Assembly: GCA_965218295.1 (NCBI GenBank)
Contig: CBDCKN010000005.1
Location: 32,001 to 96,000, forward strand
Origin: Longimicrobiales bacterium
GTDB lineage: Bacteria; Gemmatimonadota; Gemmatimonadetes; Longimicrobiales; Gaopeijiaceae
Length of the DNA: 64,000 nt
Direction of reading: 5' to 3'
Part shown: positions 52,701-61,835 of the stretch, piece after piece
Layout of the letters: every line of letters begins with the position of its first letter
Numbering within the stretch: the first letter of the stretch is position 1
Made by a program: the position numbers and the translations under genes
Notes under the pieces: generated by a model
Told to the model about the DNA's origin: nothing
Database searches by the model: none
Seen by the model: the letters and a program-made list of their open reading frames with translations, nothing else

Positions 52701-52916
52701 GGCCGTCACGTCCACGACGGTGGCGCTCACCGGCACGACCAGGATGTACCGACCCTCGTTGTTGGTGATCGCGCCGAGGTTAAGGGACTCGATTAATACA
52801 GTCGCGGCTCCCACCGGTGCACCGGCTCCCGAGAGGACGCTGCCGGTCAGGTTGGTGGTCTCCTGGGCGACCCCCATCCGCCCGCCGGAGGGCAGAAACC
52901 TGAAACACTTGTTCAC
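49740..52916 (-). pseudogene. SusC/RagA-type TonB-dependent receptor missing its last residues; signal peptide lacks a hydrophobic core; no SusD follows
   Basis: VVTALG, LSGKIAGV, IRGESS, PLFIIDG, VLKGPNAAALYGSRASNGAILI, RNDWSSTL, LRPE, YIKLREL; similarity ends at GRNLALWT..HLDP. Confidence 0.82.
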
Positions 52917-53231
52917 GGCTTAGGAGTTAATTTTTCTTCCGCATCTTGTCAAGTGAACCGGAACTGCTCTGACCTTTCACGCAACTTTGGTGATAATCCC
53001 TTAAACCCCTCTGACAACTAGGGTTCTGGGATCGCTCCGTCGACCGTCGGCCCACACTCCACGCCATTACTAGCTCATGCGGGATCGAGGGCCTTTCGAA
53101 GGCTTCCAGACCTACTTTTCGGCCCCTTAGAAGAATGCCGGTAACTACTGCATAAATAATCAACGCCGCAGCAGCGGCCGTCGCCGCTCAAGGGGCCATC
53201 CTGGTCAATACCCTCAGCTGATCCGGTCGAG

Positions 53232-53609
53232 CTAGTCCCCCTGAGCGGCTCGCAGGCGGCGCCAGGCCATCAGCCCATAGGCCCCGACGTTGAACACGAC
53301 CAAAGCGATCCCCAGGGCCAACTGAGTCCTATGGGTCAGACCGGACGGGTAGATGATCGGACCCAGGTAGTGATCGATGAAGCCTCCTGGGTATCGGGCC
53401 TCACCACCCAACCTCCGGAGGCCATTCTCCAGGGGAGTGAGGGGACAGATCCACCCCCGAAATTCGATCCACGCCCCCCAGAGGACACAGGGGATGTGAA
53501 TCCATGCCAGCCTGAGCCAGCGAAACACCAGCGCCACGCCCACCGTGACGAAGACGAGGAACGCGAAGTGGAAGAGAAGGACGAGATCGGCCAGGATGAG
53601 GTAGATCAA
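53232..53609 (-). CDS. DUF2784 family membrane protein
   Basis: LADLV...HF.F, WICPLTPLEN.LR, GFIDHY...IIYP. Confidence 0.85.
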   Translation of the reverse strand: MIYLILADLVLLFHFAFLVFVTVGVALVFRWLRLAWIHIPCVLWGAWIEFRGWICPLTPLENGLRRLGGEARYPGGFIDHYLGPIIYPSGLTHRTQLALGIALVVFNVGAYGLMAWRRLRAAQGD

Positions 53610-53857
53610 GGACCACCCTCGTACCCGGCGTCGGCCTCCGGTCTGGTCGGGGGCAGGAGCAAGTTACAGTTGGCGGCGGGGTAACCGCGGGGCTCCCTCA
53701 GCATCCGCAGGCGAAGGTCGTCGGCCTGGGTCCGGAGATAGACCATCTTCTCGAACATGGTCTCTCCAGGAACGTCCAGCACACCTCCGACGATGACACG
53801 CCCGGGCTCACCGCACGCGTGAGTGTCGACGGCTTGGATCATGTTCGATACACGCAT
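53606..53857 (-). pseudogene. Proline racemase family, N-terminal ~80 aa only
   Basis: VDTHACGEPGRVI, LR..MLREPRG, LLPP..PEADAG, then stops before the first catalytic Cys (MC/SG) motif. Confidence 0.85.
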
Positions 53858-54221
53858 TCTCTCTCCTGACTCGAACGCCCCGGCCATGGCCAAGCCTATC
53901 GCCGTCTGGCTGGCGCATCGACTCCGGTAGCAGAGGGCCGGTTCAGGCGGAGCGATCGGGCTACCGCCGGCTCCGGATCTACCCTTCGTGACTGCAACGG
54001 TTCGCAGGGCTCTGATCGGATCGGGCGTGTCGACGAAACCGCTTGCTCGAGTGTCGGTTCCGACATCCCCGCATGCTCACTGTATTCGCGGCGCAGCAAC
54101 GGGCATCCTATCTTTGACACCCCCAAGCCTCACCTTGCTTCGGCGTATTCCATTCGGTGGTCCTGAGAGGTCGCCGACAAGGCCTAGATTCGTGCCCTAT
54201 TCTTGAGACGGGGAAGTCGAG

Positions 54222-55016
54222 ATGTCGCGGTTCAAGTGTTTTGCGCGCGCCCTGTCGGGCGCTTCGGTGCCCCTCCTCCTCCTCACCGCGCTTCCGTCGA
54301 CGGCCCAGGTTCCTGATACCCCGCTCGCCAGCAAGGCCGATGTCGCCGTGGGCGAGCGACTGTTCCTGAAGAACTGCGCCCTCTGTCACGGCGGAGACGC
54401 TAGGGGCGGCCGGGGGCCGGACCTGACGCGCGGCTTCTTCCGTAACGCCACCAGCGACGACCAGCTCCTTCAAGTCGTTCGGGACGGGATCGAAGGCACC
54501 GGAATGCCCTGGACGGGCCAGAGCGATCGAAAGGCCGGACAGCTGGTGGCCTTCATTCGATCGTTGAGCGGCAGTTCCGGTCCCATCCCGGGGGATCCCC
54601 AGAAGGGTCGTGAGCTGTTCTTCGGCTCCGCCACATGCAGCACGTGCCACATGGTGACCGGTGAGGGGAGTCGTCAGGGACCGGACCTCAGCTGGGTCGG
54701 CTGGCGACGAGCGCCGGACTACCTCAGGGCAGCCTTGCTCGATCCCAACGCTGACGTGGAGCCCCGCTGGTGGACGGCCCAGGCGACGACCGTGACCGGC
54801 GACGAGGTCGGTAGTATTCTGGTCGACGAGGATCAGTTCACGGTGCGCCTGCTCGACGCGAACGACGACCTTCACGCGTTGGCCAAGAGCGATCTGGAGG
54901 AGTTCGAGCGAGGGAAGAGCTCCAGGATGCCCTCGTTCCTCGGGATCCTCAGCGAGGAAGACCTCGAGGACGTCGTTGCGTACCTCGCCGGACTGCGCGG
55001 AGGGAGCGACCGATGA
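54222..55016 (+). CDS. Exported diheme c-type cytochrome
   Basis: Signal peptide; CALCH and CSTCH; GPDL after each; GMP and RMP Met ligand candidates. Confidence 0.88.
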   Translation: MSRFKCFARALSGASVPLLLLTALPSTAQVPDTPLASKADVAVGERLFLKNCALCHGGDARGGRGPDLTRGFFRNATSDDQLLQVVRDGIEGTGMPWTGQSDRKAGQLVAFIRSLSGSSGPIPGDPQKGRELFFGSATCSTCHMVTGEGSRQGPDLSWVGWRRAPDYLRAALLDPNADVEPRWWTAQATTVTGDEVGSILVDEDQFTVRLLDANDDLHALAKSDLEEFERGKSSRMPSFLGILSEEDLEDVVAYLAGLRGGSDR

Positions 55017-56671
55017 GACATGTCACGATAGGACTGCTGATCGCACTGTTCGGGTGTCAGGCGGGTGAGCCGAGCTCAGATACCTTCGGCGACGAAGGCG
55101 GAGCCTCCGCAACGGATCCGGCCAGCCGGGTGGTGACGTCCGACCGCCTCGTCAACGCGGATCAGGAGCCCGAGAACTGGCTCATGTACTCAGGCCAGTA
55201 CAACAGCCAACGGTACAGTAGACTCGATCAGGTGAATCGGGGTAACGCCGCTGACCTGAAAGTCGAGTGGGTCCATCAGTTCCACACGCTCTCGGTCGTC
55301 GAGACTTCCCCGGTCGTCGTGGACGGGCTCATGTTCATCACCGAATCGCCCAGCACGCTCATCGCCCTCGATGCGGCGACCGGACGCCGATTCTGGACCT
55401 ACGAGCACCCCGTTCCCGACAAGCTCACGCTTTGCTGCGGACGGAACAATCGTGGCGTGGCGGTCCTCGGGGAGAAGGTCTATCTCGGGACCGTGGACGC
55501 CCGGCTCCTGGCGCTCGACGCCAAGACCGGCAGCGTCCTCTGGAACGTCGAAGTGGGAGACGCCGCCGCAGGGTTCAGCATCACGGGCGCGCCACTCGTC
55601 GTGAAGGACATGGTGATCACCGGCGTCGGTGGCGGAGAGTACGGCATCCGCGGCTTCATCGACGCCTACGACGCCGAGACGGGCGAGCTCCGTTGGCGCT
55701 TCTACACGATTCCGGGAGAGGGCGAGCCGGGAAACGAGACGTGGGGAGGCGACTCGTGGAAGTACGGCGGCGCTCCGACGTGGCTGACGGGGTCCTACGA
55801 TCCCGAAACGAACCTGATCTACTGGGGCACGGGTAACCCTGGGCCCGACTGGAACGGAGACCTTCGGCCAGGCGACAACCTGTACTCGGATGCGGTTGTG
55901 GCGTTGGACGCGGACAGCGGGGAGTTGAGGTGGCACTTCCAGTTCACGCCACACGACACGCACGATTGGGATGCAACTCAGATTCCGGTATTGGTCGACC
56001 TGGAGTTGGGGGGCGAGCTACGGGAGCTCATGTTGTGGGCGAACCGCAACGCCTTCTATTATGTGCTCGATCGTGAGACCGGTCAGTTTGTGCGAGCCAC
56101 CGCATACGCCAAGCAGACGTGGGCCCAAGGGATGGACGAGAGCGGTCGTCCGATCCTGATCCCGGACACGGACCCGACCGAGGAGGGCGTCGAGGTATAC
56201 CCGTCGATCGGGGGCGCCACCAACTGGAACTCGCCGAGCTTCAGCCCCGCCTCGGGGCTCTTCTACACCCGCGCCCGTGACGCCGCCCACATCTACTACA
56301 AGCGCGACGACGTATACGAGAAAGGAGACACGTACTTAGGCGGGTTCGGCAAAGACGCCGATCACCCGGAGAATTTCACCGCCGCCATCCGCGCACTGGA
56401 CCCGCTCACCGGAGATCTTCAGTGGGAGTATGAGCTCGATACGAGTGACTGGTGGAAGGCGGGCATCCTGTCCACCGCCGGCGGAGTCCTCTTCTCGGGG
56501 AGCAGCGACGGCTATTTTTTCGCCCTCGATGACCGTACGGGCGAGGATCTCTGGTACATCAGCGTGGGAGGACAGGTGCACGCGGCGCCGATGACGTATG
56601 GCGTCGACGGCCGGCAGTACGTCGCGGTGTCGGCGAACCACGCGCTGTTCACGTTCGCGCTCCCGGACTAA
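55013..56671 (+). CDS. PQQ-dependent dehydrogenase, methanol/ethanol family, probable lipoprotein
   Basis: Lipobox LFGC; vicinal CC (LCCGRNNRG); GGEYGIRG; WGTGNP; HDWDA; repeated AxDxxTGxxxW propeller motifs; ATGA overlap with the cytochrome. Confidence 0.92.
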   Translation: MRHVTIGLLIALFGCQAGEPSSDTFGDEGGASATDPASRVVTSDRLVNADQEPENWLMYSGQYNSQRYSRLDQVNRGNAADLKVEWVHQFHTLSVVETSPVVVDGLMFITESPSTLIALDAATGRRFWTYEHPVPDKLTLCCGRNNRGVAVLGEKVYLGTVDARLLALDAKTGSVLWNVEVGDAAAGFSITGAPLVVKDMVITGVGGGEYGIRGFIDAYDAETGELRWRFYTIPGEGEPGNETWGGDSWKYGGAPTWLTGSYDPETNLIYWGTGNPGPDWNGDLRPGDNLYSDAVVALDADSGELRWHFQFTPHDTHDWDATQIPVLVDLELGGELRELMLWANRNAFYYVLDRETGQFVRATAYAKQTWAQGMDESGRPILIPDTDPTEEGVEVYPSIGGATNWNSPSFSPASGLFYTRARDAAHIYYKRDDVYEKGDTYLGGFGKDADHPENFTAAIRALDPLTGDLQWEYELDTSDWWKAGILSTAGGVLFSGSSDGYFFALDDRTGEDLWYISVGGQVHAAPMTYGVDGRQYVAVSANHALFTFALPD

Positions 56672-56749
56672 CCCCCGAACTCTTCCTCCAGGACGCCCGT
56701 GGCGCACTCGTGGAAGCCCTCTCTGTCCTCTGAGGGATCGACGCCACGT

Positions 56750-57052
56750 GCACAGTTCATGACCCGAATCAGATCGCATCATCCCGTCGAAGAGTATCCG
56801 TGTGGCACCCATGAGCGCATCGAGACTTCGGCTTTCGTCCCTGAACACCCACTCCGCGTCGATCTCCTCGGGAGCGCTGGGAAAGATGGGGTACGCCTCG
56901 AGGTCGGTGATGCGAAAGTCCCCCGTCACACTGCCCCCGAGGACGTCATCGTCGGGATACGTCACGCTCCAGGAGTCGGGGCCCTCGGCGGTTACGGTGG
57001 CAATCGGTCCGGAGCCGTAACTCAGCCGCACCAGCGCGCGGGAGAGGCTCAT
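56750..57052 (-). pseudogene. 5' fragment of an unknown gene coupled to the hydratase
   Basis: ATG 57052 overlaps the hydratase stop (ATGA); ~100 protein-like codons, then the frame runs antisense into the PQQ gene; end coordinate approximate. Confidence 0.4.
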
Positions 57053-57897
57053 GGAGGCGACCGCAACGTTGCCCGCATGGCCAGGCCCCGCTCCGGGTGA
57101 GCTGTCCACACCTCCGTCTCGTCCTCGTCGGTGGCCCTCCCGGCAATCGTGAACTCCTCACCACGGAAGAGAGGGCTGACCGCTCGGTAGGAGAAGGAGT
57201 CGGGGGAGCCGCCCAGCCGCCTCGATCCCGCGTCCAAGAGGAGGAGGGCAATGAGCGGTCCATGCACCACCAGGTCCGGATACCCCTCGACCTCGGTCAC
57301 GTAACGGTGGTCGTAGTGAATGCGATGGCTGTTGAACGTGAGCGCGGAGAAACGGAAGAGGGTCACGGCGTCGGCCGCGAAGGATTCGGACCACTCCACG
57401 GGTTCGGGTGGGGGTTTGATCGGGCCGCCCCCAGCCCCAGAGCCATCACGGTAGACGAGGTCCTGCTCTTCTTCGATCGTCACGCCCCCTTCGTTCGCGA
57501 TCTCATGTCGAATCGTGACGAAGACGAGAAGGCCGGATCGACCCTCCTTGCTCCGAACGGAGGCTATCGTGGATCTTCGCTGGACAGTCTCGCCTAAACG
57601 GAGCGTTCCAAGGAAGCGAAGCCGGCCTCCGGCCCACATCCGCCGCTGGAGCGGAATGGGGGGGAGGAAGTTCCCCCGCCTCTCGTGCCCGTCCGGCCCC
57701 AGCGCCGACCGGCGGGCAACCGGCTTGAAGTAGAGCCAATGCCACGCGGGCGGGAGAGGTGAGGCGAGGCCCAGCGACTCCGGAGGCCGGTCCAGCAGGG
57801 CCGACATCCCCCGGGCCGGAGCCAAAGTGAGGACGTCCTCGTCCACTCGTTCATTGCCGATCCACGACTCCAGCTCGGCTATTTCGTTCTCGTCCAT
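57049..57897 (-). CDS. Double hot-dog MaoC-like acyl-CoA hydratase (mesaconyl-C4-CoA / itaconyl-CoA hydratase type)
   Basis: LPPAWHWLYF, LGPDGH, RRMWAGG, FRFSALTFNSHRIHYD, LVVHGPL. Confidence 0.87.
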   Translation of the reverse strand: MDENEIAELESWIGNERVDEDVLTLAPARGMSALLDRPPESLGLASPLPPAWHWLYFKPVARRSALGPDGHERRGNFLPPIPLQRRMWAGGRLRFLGTLRLGETVQRRSTIASVRSKEGRSGLLVFVTIRHEIANEGGVTIEEEQDLVYRDGSGAGGGPIKPPPEPVEWSESFAADAVTLFRFSALTFNSHRIHYDHRYVTEVEGYPDLVVHGPLIALLLLDAGSRRLGGSPDSFSYRAVSPLFRGEEFTIAGRATDEDETEVWTAHPERGLAMRATLRSPP

Positions 57898-58135
57898 GGG
57901 CTACTCCGTCGAACGTCCTGATACGTGGTGAGTCATAGGGTTCCTCCGAGCTCAAAAGTATCGGGGCATGCCCAGCACAGGTATCCATGCTCGCCGAATC
58001 GGATGGCGTCCGATGCTCAGGAGAGTCTAGAGACCGAAGGCGCCCGTTGTCGAGAACTGTTTCGAATTGACAGTCTCGTGGCTCGCAGCGACGTTGCCCC
58101 GCTTGTTGCGGCCCGATCTCGAGGCGAGCGCGCCG

Positions 58136-59203
58136 ATGACGGAGAAGGAATCACATCAGAGCCCTGTGGTGCTGGATCTCACCAGGGACCAGCTCCATGA
58201 CATCTTTCGTGCCCTAGTCCTGGCGCGAGCCGCCGAAGAGCGGTTAGAAGTGCTCTTCAAGCAGGGTCATATCACGGGTGGCATCTACCGCTCGCTCGGC
58301 CAGGAAGCAGGTGCCGTTGGAGCCGCCTACGCCTTGCGCCGCCGCGACGACGGGACCGGCGATATCATCGCTCCGACGGTTCGTGCCACGGGCGCCGTGT
58401 TCCTCTTGGGGGGCACGCCGCTCCAGTTCTTTCGCCAGCACCTCGCCCGGGTGACCAGTCCGACGAGGGGCAGAGAATCGAAGGTCTATTGGGCGGATTA
58501 CGAGACCGGCCTCGTCGGTGCCACCTCGCCGCTCGGGACGATGGTCGAGGTCATGTCCGGCATCAGTCTGGCATTCAAGCTGAAGGAAGAGGACCGAGTG
58601 GCACTTGTCTTCTATGGGGACGGGGCCTCGTCCACGGGCGCCTGGCATGAGGGCCTGTGTTTCGCGGCCGCCCAGGCGTGCCCCATGGTGCTCATCATCG
58701 AGGCCACCCAGTGGGCCTTCTCCTCGCCCACGTCCACGAACACGCGTGTGCAGAGCTTTGTCGAGAAAGCGCCGGGGTACGGGCTGCACGCCGAATCCGT
58801 GGACGGGACGGATGTCTTGGCCGTGTACGCATGCGTCCAACGCTCCGTTGCTCGAGCCCGAGGCGGGGAGGGCGCCGGCATGGTGGAGCTCAAATATTAC
58901 CGGTTGGCCGGACACGCGCAGCACGACGGTCAGGAATACGTGGATCCGGACGAGTTGAAGAAGTGGGAGGGCAGAGACCCCATCGCGCGTTTCCGTGATC
59001 GGCTCCTGGCCGAGGAGTGGGCCACGGGCGACGAGCTCGATACTCTGGCAGACGACACTTTCGAGGAGGCACGCATCGCCGCCGATCAGGCACTCTCGGA
59101 GTCTGCCCCGGAAGGGCCGGCGGCTCTGGAGGACGTGTACACCGACCTGGTGGCTCGTCCGCCGTGGACTCGAATGGTCGCTCCTGATCCACGGAAAATG
59201 TGA
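58136..59203 (+). CDS. ThDP-dependent 2-oxoacid dehydrogenase E1 alpha-like subunit (no beta gene adjacent)
   Basis: GQEA, YGDGASS.G..HEG, VDG.D, YRLAGHAQHD, DPI. Confidence 0.85.
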   Translation: MTEKESHQSPVVLDLTRDQLHDIFRALVLARAAEERLEVLFKQGHITGGIYRSLGQEAGAVGAAYALRRRDDGTGDIIAPTVRATGAVFLLGGTPLQFFRQHLARVTSPTRGRESKVYWADYETGLVGATSPLGTMVEVMSGISLAFKLKEEDRVALVFYGDGASSTGAWHEGLCFAAAQACPMVLIIEATQWAFSSPTSTNTRVQSFVEKAPGYGLHAESVDGTDVLAVYACVQRSVARARGGEGAGMVELKYYRLAGHAQHDGQEYVDPDELKKWEGRDPIARFRDRLLAEEWATGDELDTLADDTFEEARIAADQALSESAPEGPAALEDVYTDLVARPPWTRMVAPDPRKM

Positions 59204-59220
59204 TCCCCACGTTGCCCCGC

Positions 59221-59254
59221 GACGCGCCGCAACAGACGACGCACCGCAACAAAC
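59221..59254. repeat. Imperfect 2 x 17 bp tandem repeat
   Basis: GACGCGCCGCAACAGAC / GACGCACCGCAACAAAC. Confidence 0.7.
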
Positions 59255-59350
59255 GGCGCATCCCTTTCGTGAAGTCGAAGGGGCGACCCGGCCGAGACCG
59301 GATCGCCCCTCCATCGCCGCAGCGTGTAATGATTCGCCGAGGAGTGTGTA

Positions 59351-59655
59351 CTAGCCGGAGCTGGCCCCGCAGACGATTGCGCCTGGTGCCAGCTCTTGAG
59401 AGTTGACGGGGGGCATAGCAGCATCGCCGTATTGAATCGCGCAGATTCCGCTGTTCTTGAGCCCGAGGTGCGTCGCGGTGGCGTTCCATCCGGCGTCTGA
59501 GACCTCTCCGATTTGAATAGAGACCCCCTCGCTCGTCTCGAACTCGAGAGCCACCTCGTCACCCGAGTACTCGTAGCGGTCCGCATAATAGAGCTCTTGG
59601 TGAGTGGCCAGATTCCTGAGGTGCCCTTGGGCTCTTTTCCTCGCTCGTTAGTCAA
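59351..59655 (-). pseudogene. Type IV pilin-like remnant lacking the N-terminal hydrophobic helix
   Basis: LRNLATHQELYYAD...SEGVSI...GWNATATH...CAI..G...C; upstream TTG-start MTNERG in another frame resembles a prepilin leader. Confidence 0.6.
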
Positions 59656-59697
59656 AAACAGGATTCTTCCGGAAAAGTGCTCATCGGACTTCGGAGC

Positions 59698-59749
59698 CGG
59701 ATGCACCGTGCCCTCGACTGGCCGAGACGCTTTGGTGACGGGAAACTAG
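59698..59749 (-). repeat. Left part of the MITE-like repeat on the minus strand
   Basis: Reverse complement CTAGTTTCCCGTCACCAAAGCGTCTCGGCCAGTCGAGGGCACGGTGCATCCG. Confidence 0.78.
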
Positions 59750-60300
59750 TTGGGCGGGGTCGAACCGGCGGCGAGACTGTCGAGAAGCCTAGCGACCATC
59801 GCACGGAGGTCCGCACTCTCGGGCCCACGCGGGTAGCCGTCGAACGCGCTTCGGAGGTAGTGCTCCGCGGAGTCGGCGGAGGCGAGCTCCAGATGCGCGA
59901 GGCCCAGGTAGCGATGAAGCTCTGCCAGCGTCGAATCGGACCGAGAACCACTGCGGAGAGCCACCGCTTCCTGGAGTAGGAGCCGGGCATCCGACGGGCG
60001 ACCAAGCCTCAAATACGCGCCTCCCATGGCTCCGAGCGCGTCTGCGTGCGCCCCTTCGGAGCGCAGGGGAGCCTGCCGGAGAACCGCCACGGCGGAGTCC
60101 ACTGTCTCCCCGAGAGTCAACGCCGCCGATACATCCTGAAACGGAGTGAGCCCAAGAACAGTCGACGTGAGGAACTCATTGAACGCGCGGGCTCGCCGCC
60201 CCTCGAGTCGAGCCTGCAGAGTCTGGGCGAGCGAAAATCCAACGAAGAACACGATCAGCATGCCGAGAGTCACCTCGGTTGGTCTCCGAGCGACGAGGCG
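59746..60300 (-). pseudogene. TM + TPR C-terminal fragment resembling the tail of membrane Ser/Thr kinases
   Basis: RR-TM helix-FL...P-TPR (GGAYLRLG...A..LL.EA; LGLAHL...AE); no kinase domain or credible start. Confidence 0.5.
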
Positions 60301-61087
60301 AACTTCCTCCTCCATGATCTGTTGGATGAACTCCTGCGCCTCCGAGGATGCGCGCCTGATGGAGATCGAGGGCGGAGTTGACGGCCTCCTCGAGGATCTG
60401 GAGAAGACGGTCGGTGTGGTGACCAAGGAGCGCGGGCGGTACGAATTCATCCATCCGAGCCTTGTCGACTATCTGGCGGCCCGCTTCGTCGTGAGGCAAG
60501 AGCCCGACACCGTTCGAGAGCTGGTGTCCGCCTTCGCCTACCGACTCTGGCGCCCCGATGTGGTGCGCCTTGTGCGCGACGTTGGGCCTCTGGCCTACGA
60601 GCGTTGTTTCCTACTGCCCGAGCTCGAGCAGATCGTCGAGGCGGTGGATCGCTTCGGTGCCGACGGCCGAGCGCTTCTTCGCGCCTGCGCGCTACGCGTC
60701 GAGGTGCTGGAGGAGGACCGGATCGCTCTCACGTGGGGCAACCTGGGACGCCGCATCGCAGCTCTGGGCGCCATGCACATCGCGCGGGCCCGCTTGATCG
60801 GTACCGGGCGCTTCGGCTCCGAGTGGATCAGCGCGGCACGAGGCGCCCTGCCCCCATCCGAGACCACGATCCGGTGGAACAGGGAGGCCTTGGTCCCGGA
60901 CGTGGAGGGCCCGGCCGACGCTCTGTCCTGCTGGGCTCTGATCGAAGAGCTGGAGTGGCAAGCCGCCCGAGCGGTGGTTGCCATCCGCGACCTCGCCTAT
61001 CAGACAGCCACAGACGCTCGCTACTCCCAAGACCGATTCCATCTCCCGACGTCGCCCAGTTCGCGGTCGAGTCGCGAGGGCGCCTGA
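60300..61087 (+). pseudogene. C-terminal fragment of a NACHT-type NTPase
   Basis: YEFIHPSLVDYLAARF matches the NACHT-associated F.H.S.QEY.AA motif; no Walker motifs upstream. Confidence 0.55.
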
Positions 61088-61121
61088 GCGGAACGAGGCG
61101 TTGGTGGCCGTCGAGGTAGGG

Positions 61122-61781
61122 CTACACCTCCAGAGCGCGGACCGCGGCCAGCAGCTCCTCGTCACTCGGGAACTTACCGATTCCGTTCGCTCCCTCGACG
61201 GCTCCCTCGATGTTTGCCCACCGAACGACGCCGTTTCGGTCCAGGAGGAACTGCCCTTTGAGCTGCGGGAACTGCCTGTCCTGGTCGGCCCGGTCTGTCT
61301 CGGTCGCCTGAAAGCCATCGATCTTATCCAGCTCCCCGATGGCCTCCTCGATGGGAGCCGGCTCCGGGAGCTCTGCGGTGGGATCGATTCGGGCCGCCCC
61401 GAAGTCCTCCAAGAACTCCGGAGTGAGGTCAGGCTTGGGAATACCGTAGGACCGGTGAGTGGTGAGCTCCGGATCCGCCGCAAGCGCAACCTTCGTCGGG
61501 CGAAGGCGGAAGTAGAGACGGGCGTTCTCTGGAGAGGTGGCCACGATCCCGAGGGTTTCCACCCCGTGCTCCTTGAGCTTCGCTTGCGTGGTCCCCAGCC
61601 GGGCGATGGATCGGCGGCAGAACGGGCACCAAAGGCCCCGGAACAGACAGAGCAGCAGACCGTGTTTCCCCCTGTAGTCGTCGAGGGACACCGTGCCGTC
61701 ACGATCGACCGAGGGCAAGGTGAAGTCCGGAGCGGACTCACCCGGCTGCACCGGAGGGCGGGGTTCCATCATGGTGGCCAT
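61122..61781 (-). CDS. AhpC/TSA-type redoxin
   Basis: PGESAPDFTL, FRGLWCPFCRR, FLLDRNGVVRW. Confidence 0.85.
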   Translation of the reverse strand: MATMMEPRPPVQPGESAPDFTLPSVDRDGTVSLDDYRGKHGLLLCLFRGLWCPFCRRSIARLGTTQAKLKEHGVETLGIVATSPENARLYFRLRPTKVALAADPELTTHRSYGIPKPDLTPEFLEDFGAARIDPTAELPEPAPIEEAIGELDKIDGFQATETDRADQDRQFPQLKGQFLLDRNGVVRWANIEGAVEGANGIGKFPSDEELLAAVRALEV

Positions 61782-61835
61782 TTCTTACTCCTTTGTTGCC
61801 TTGGTTGCTCGTCTGTTTTGTCGCCGTGACCGACC

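Noticed and set aside
53896..54206. Short ORFs between the racemase stub and the cytochrome gene
   Set aside because: No motifs or clear translation signals; more likely a divergent promoter region.
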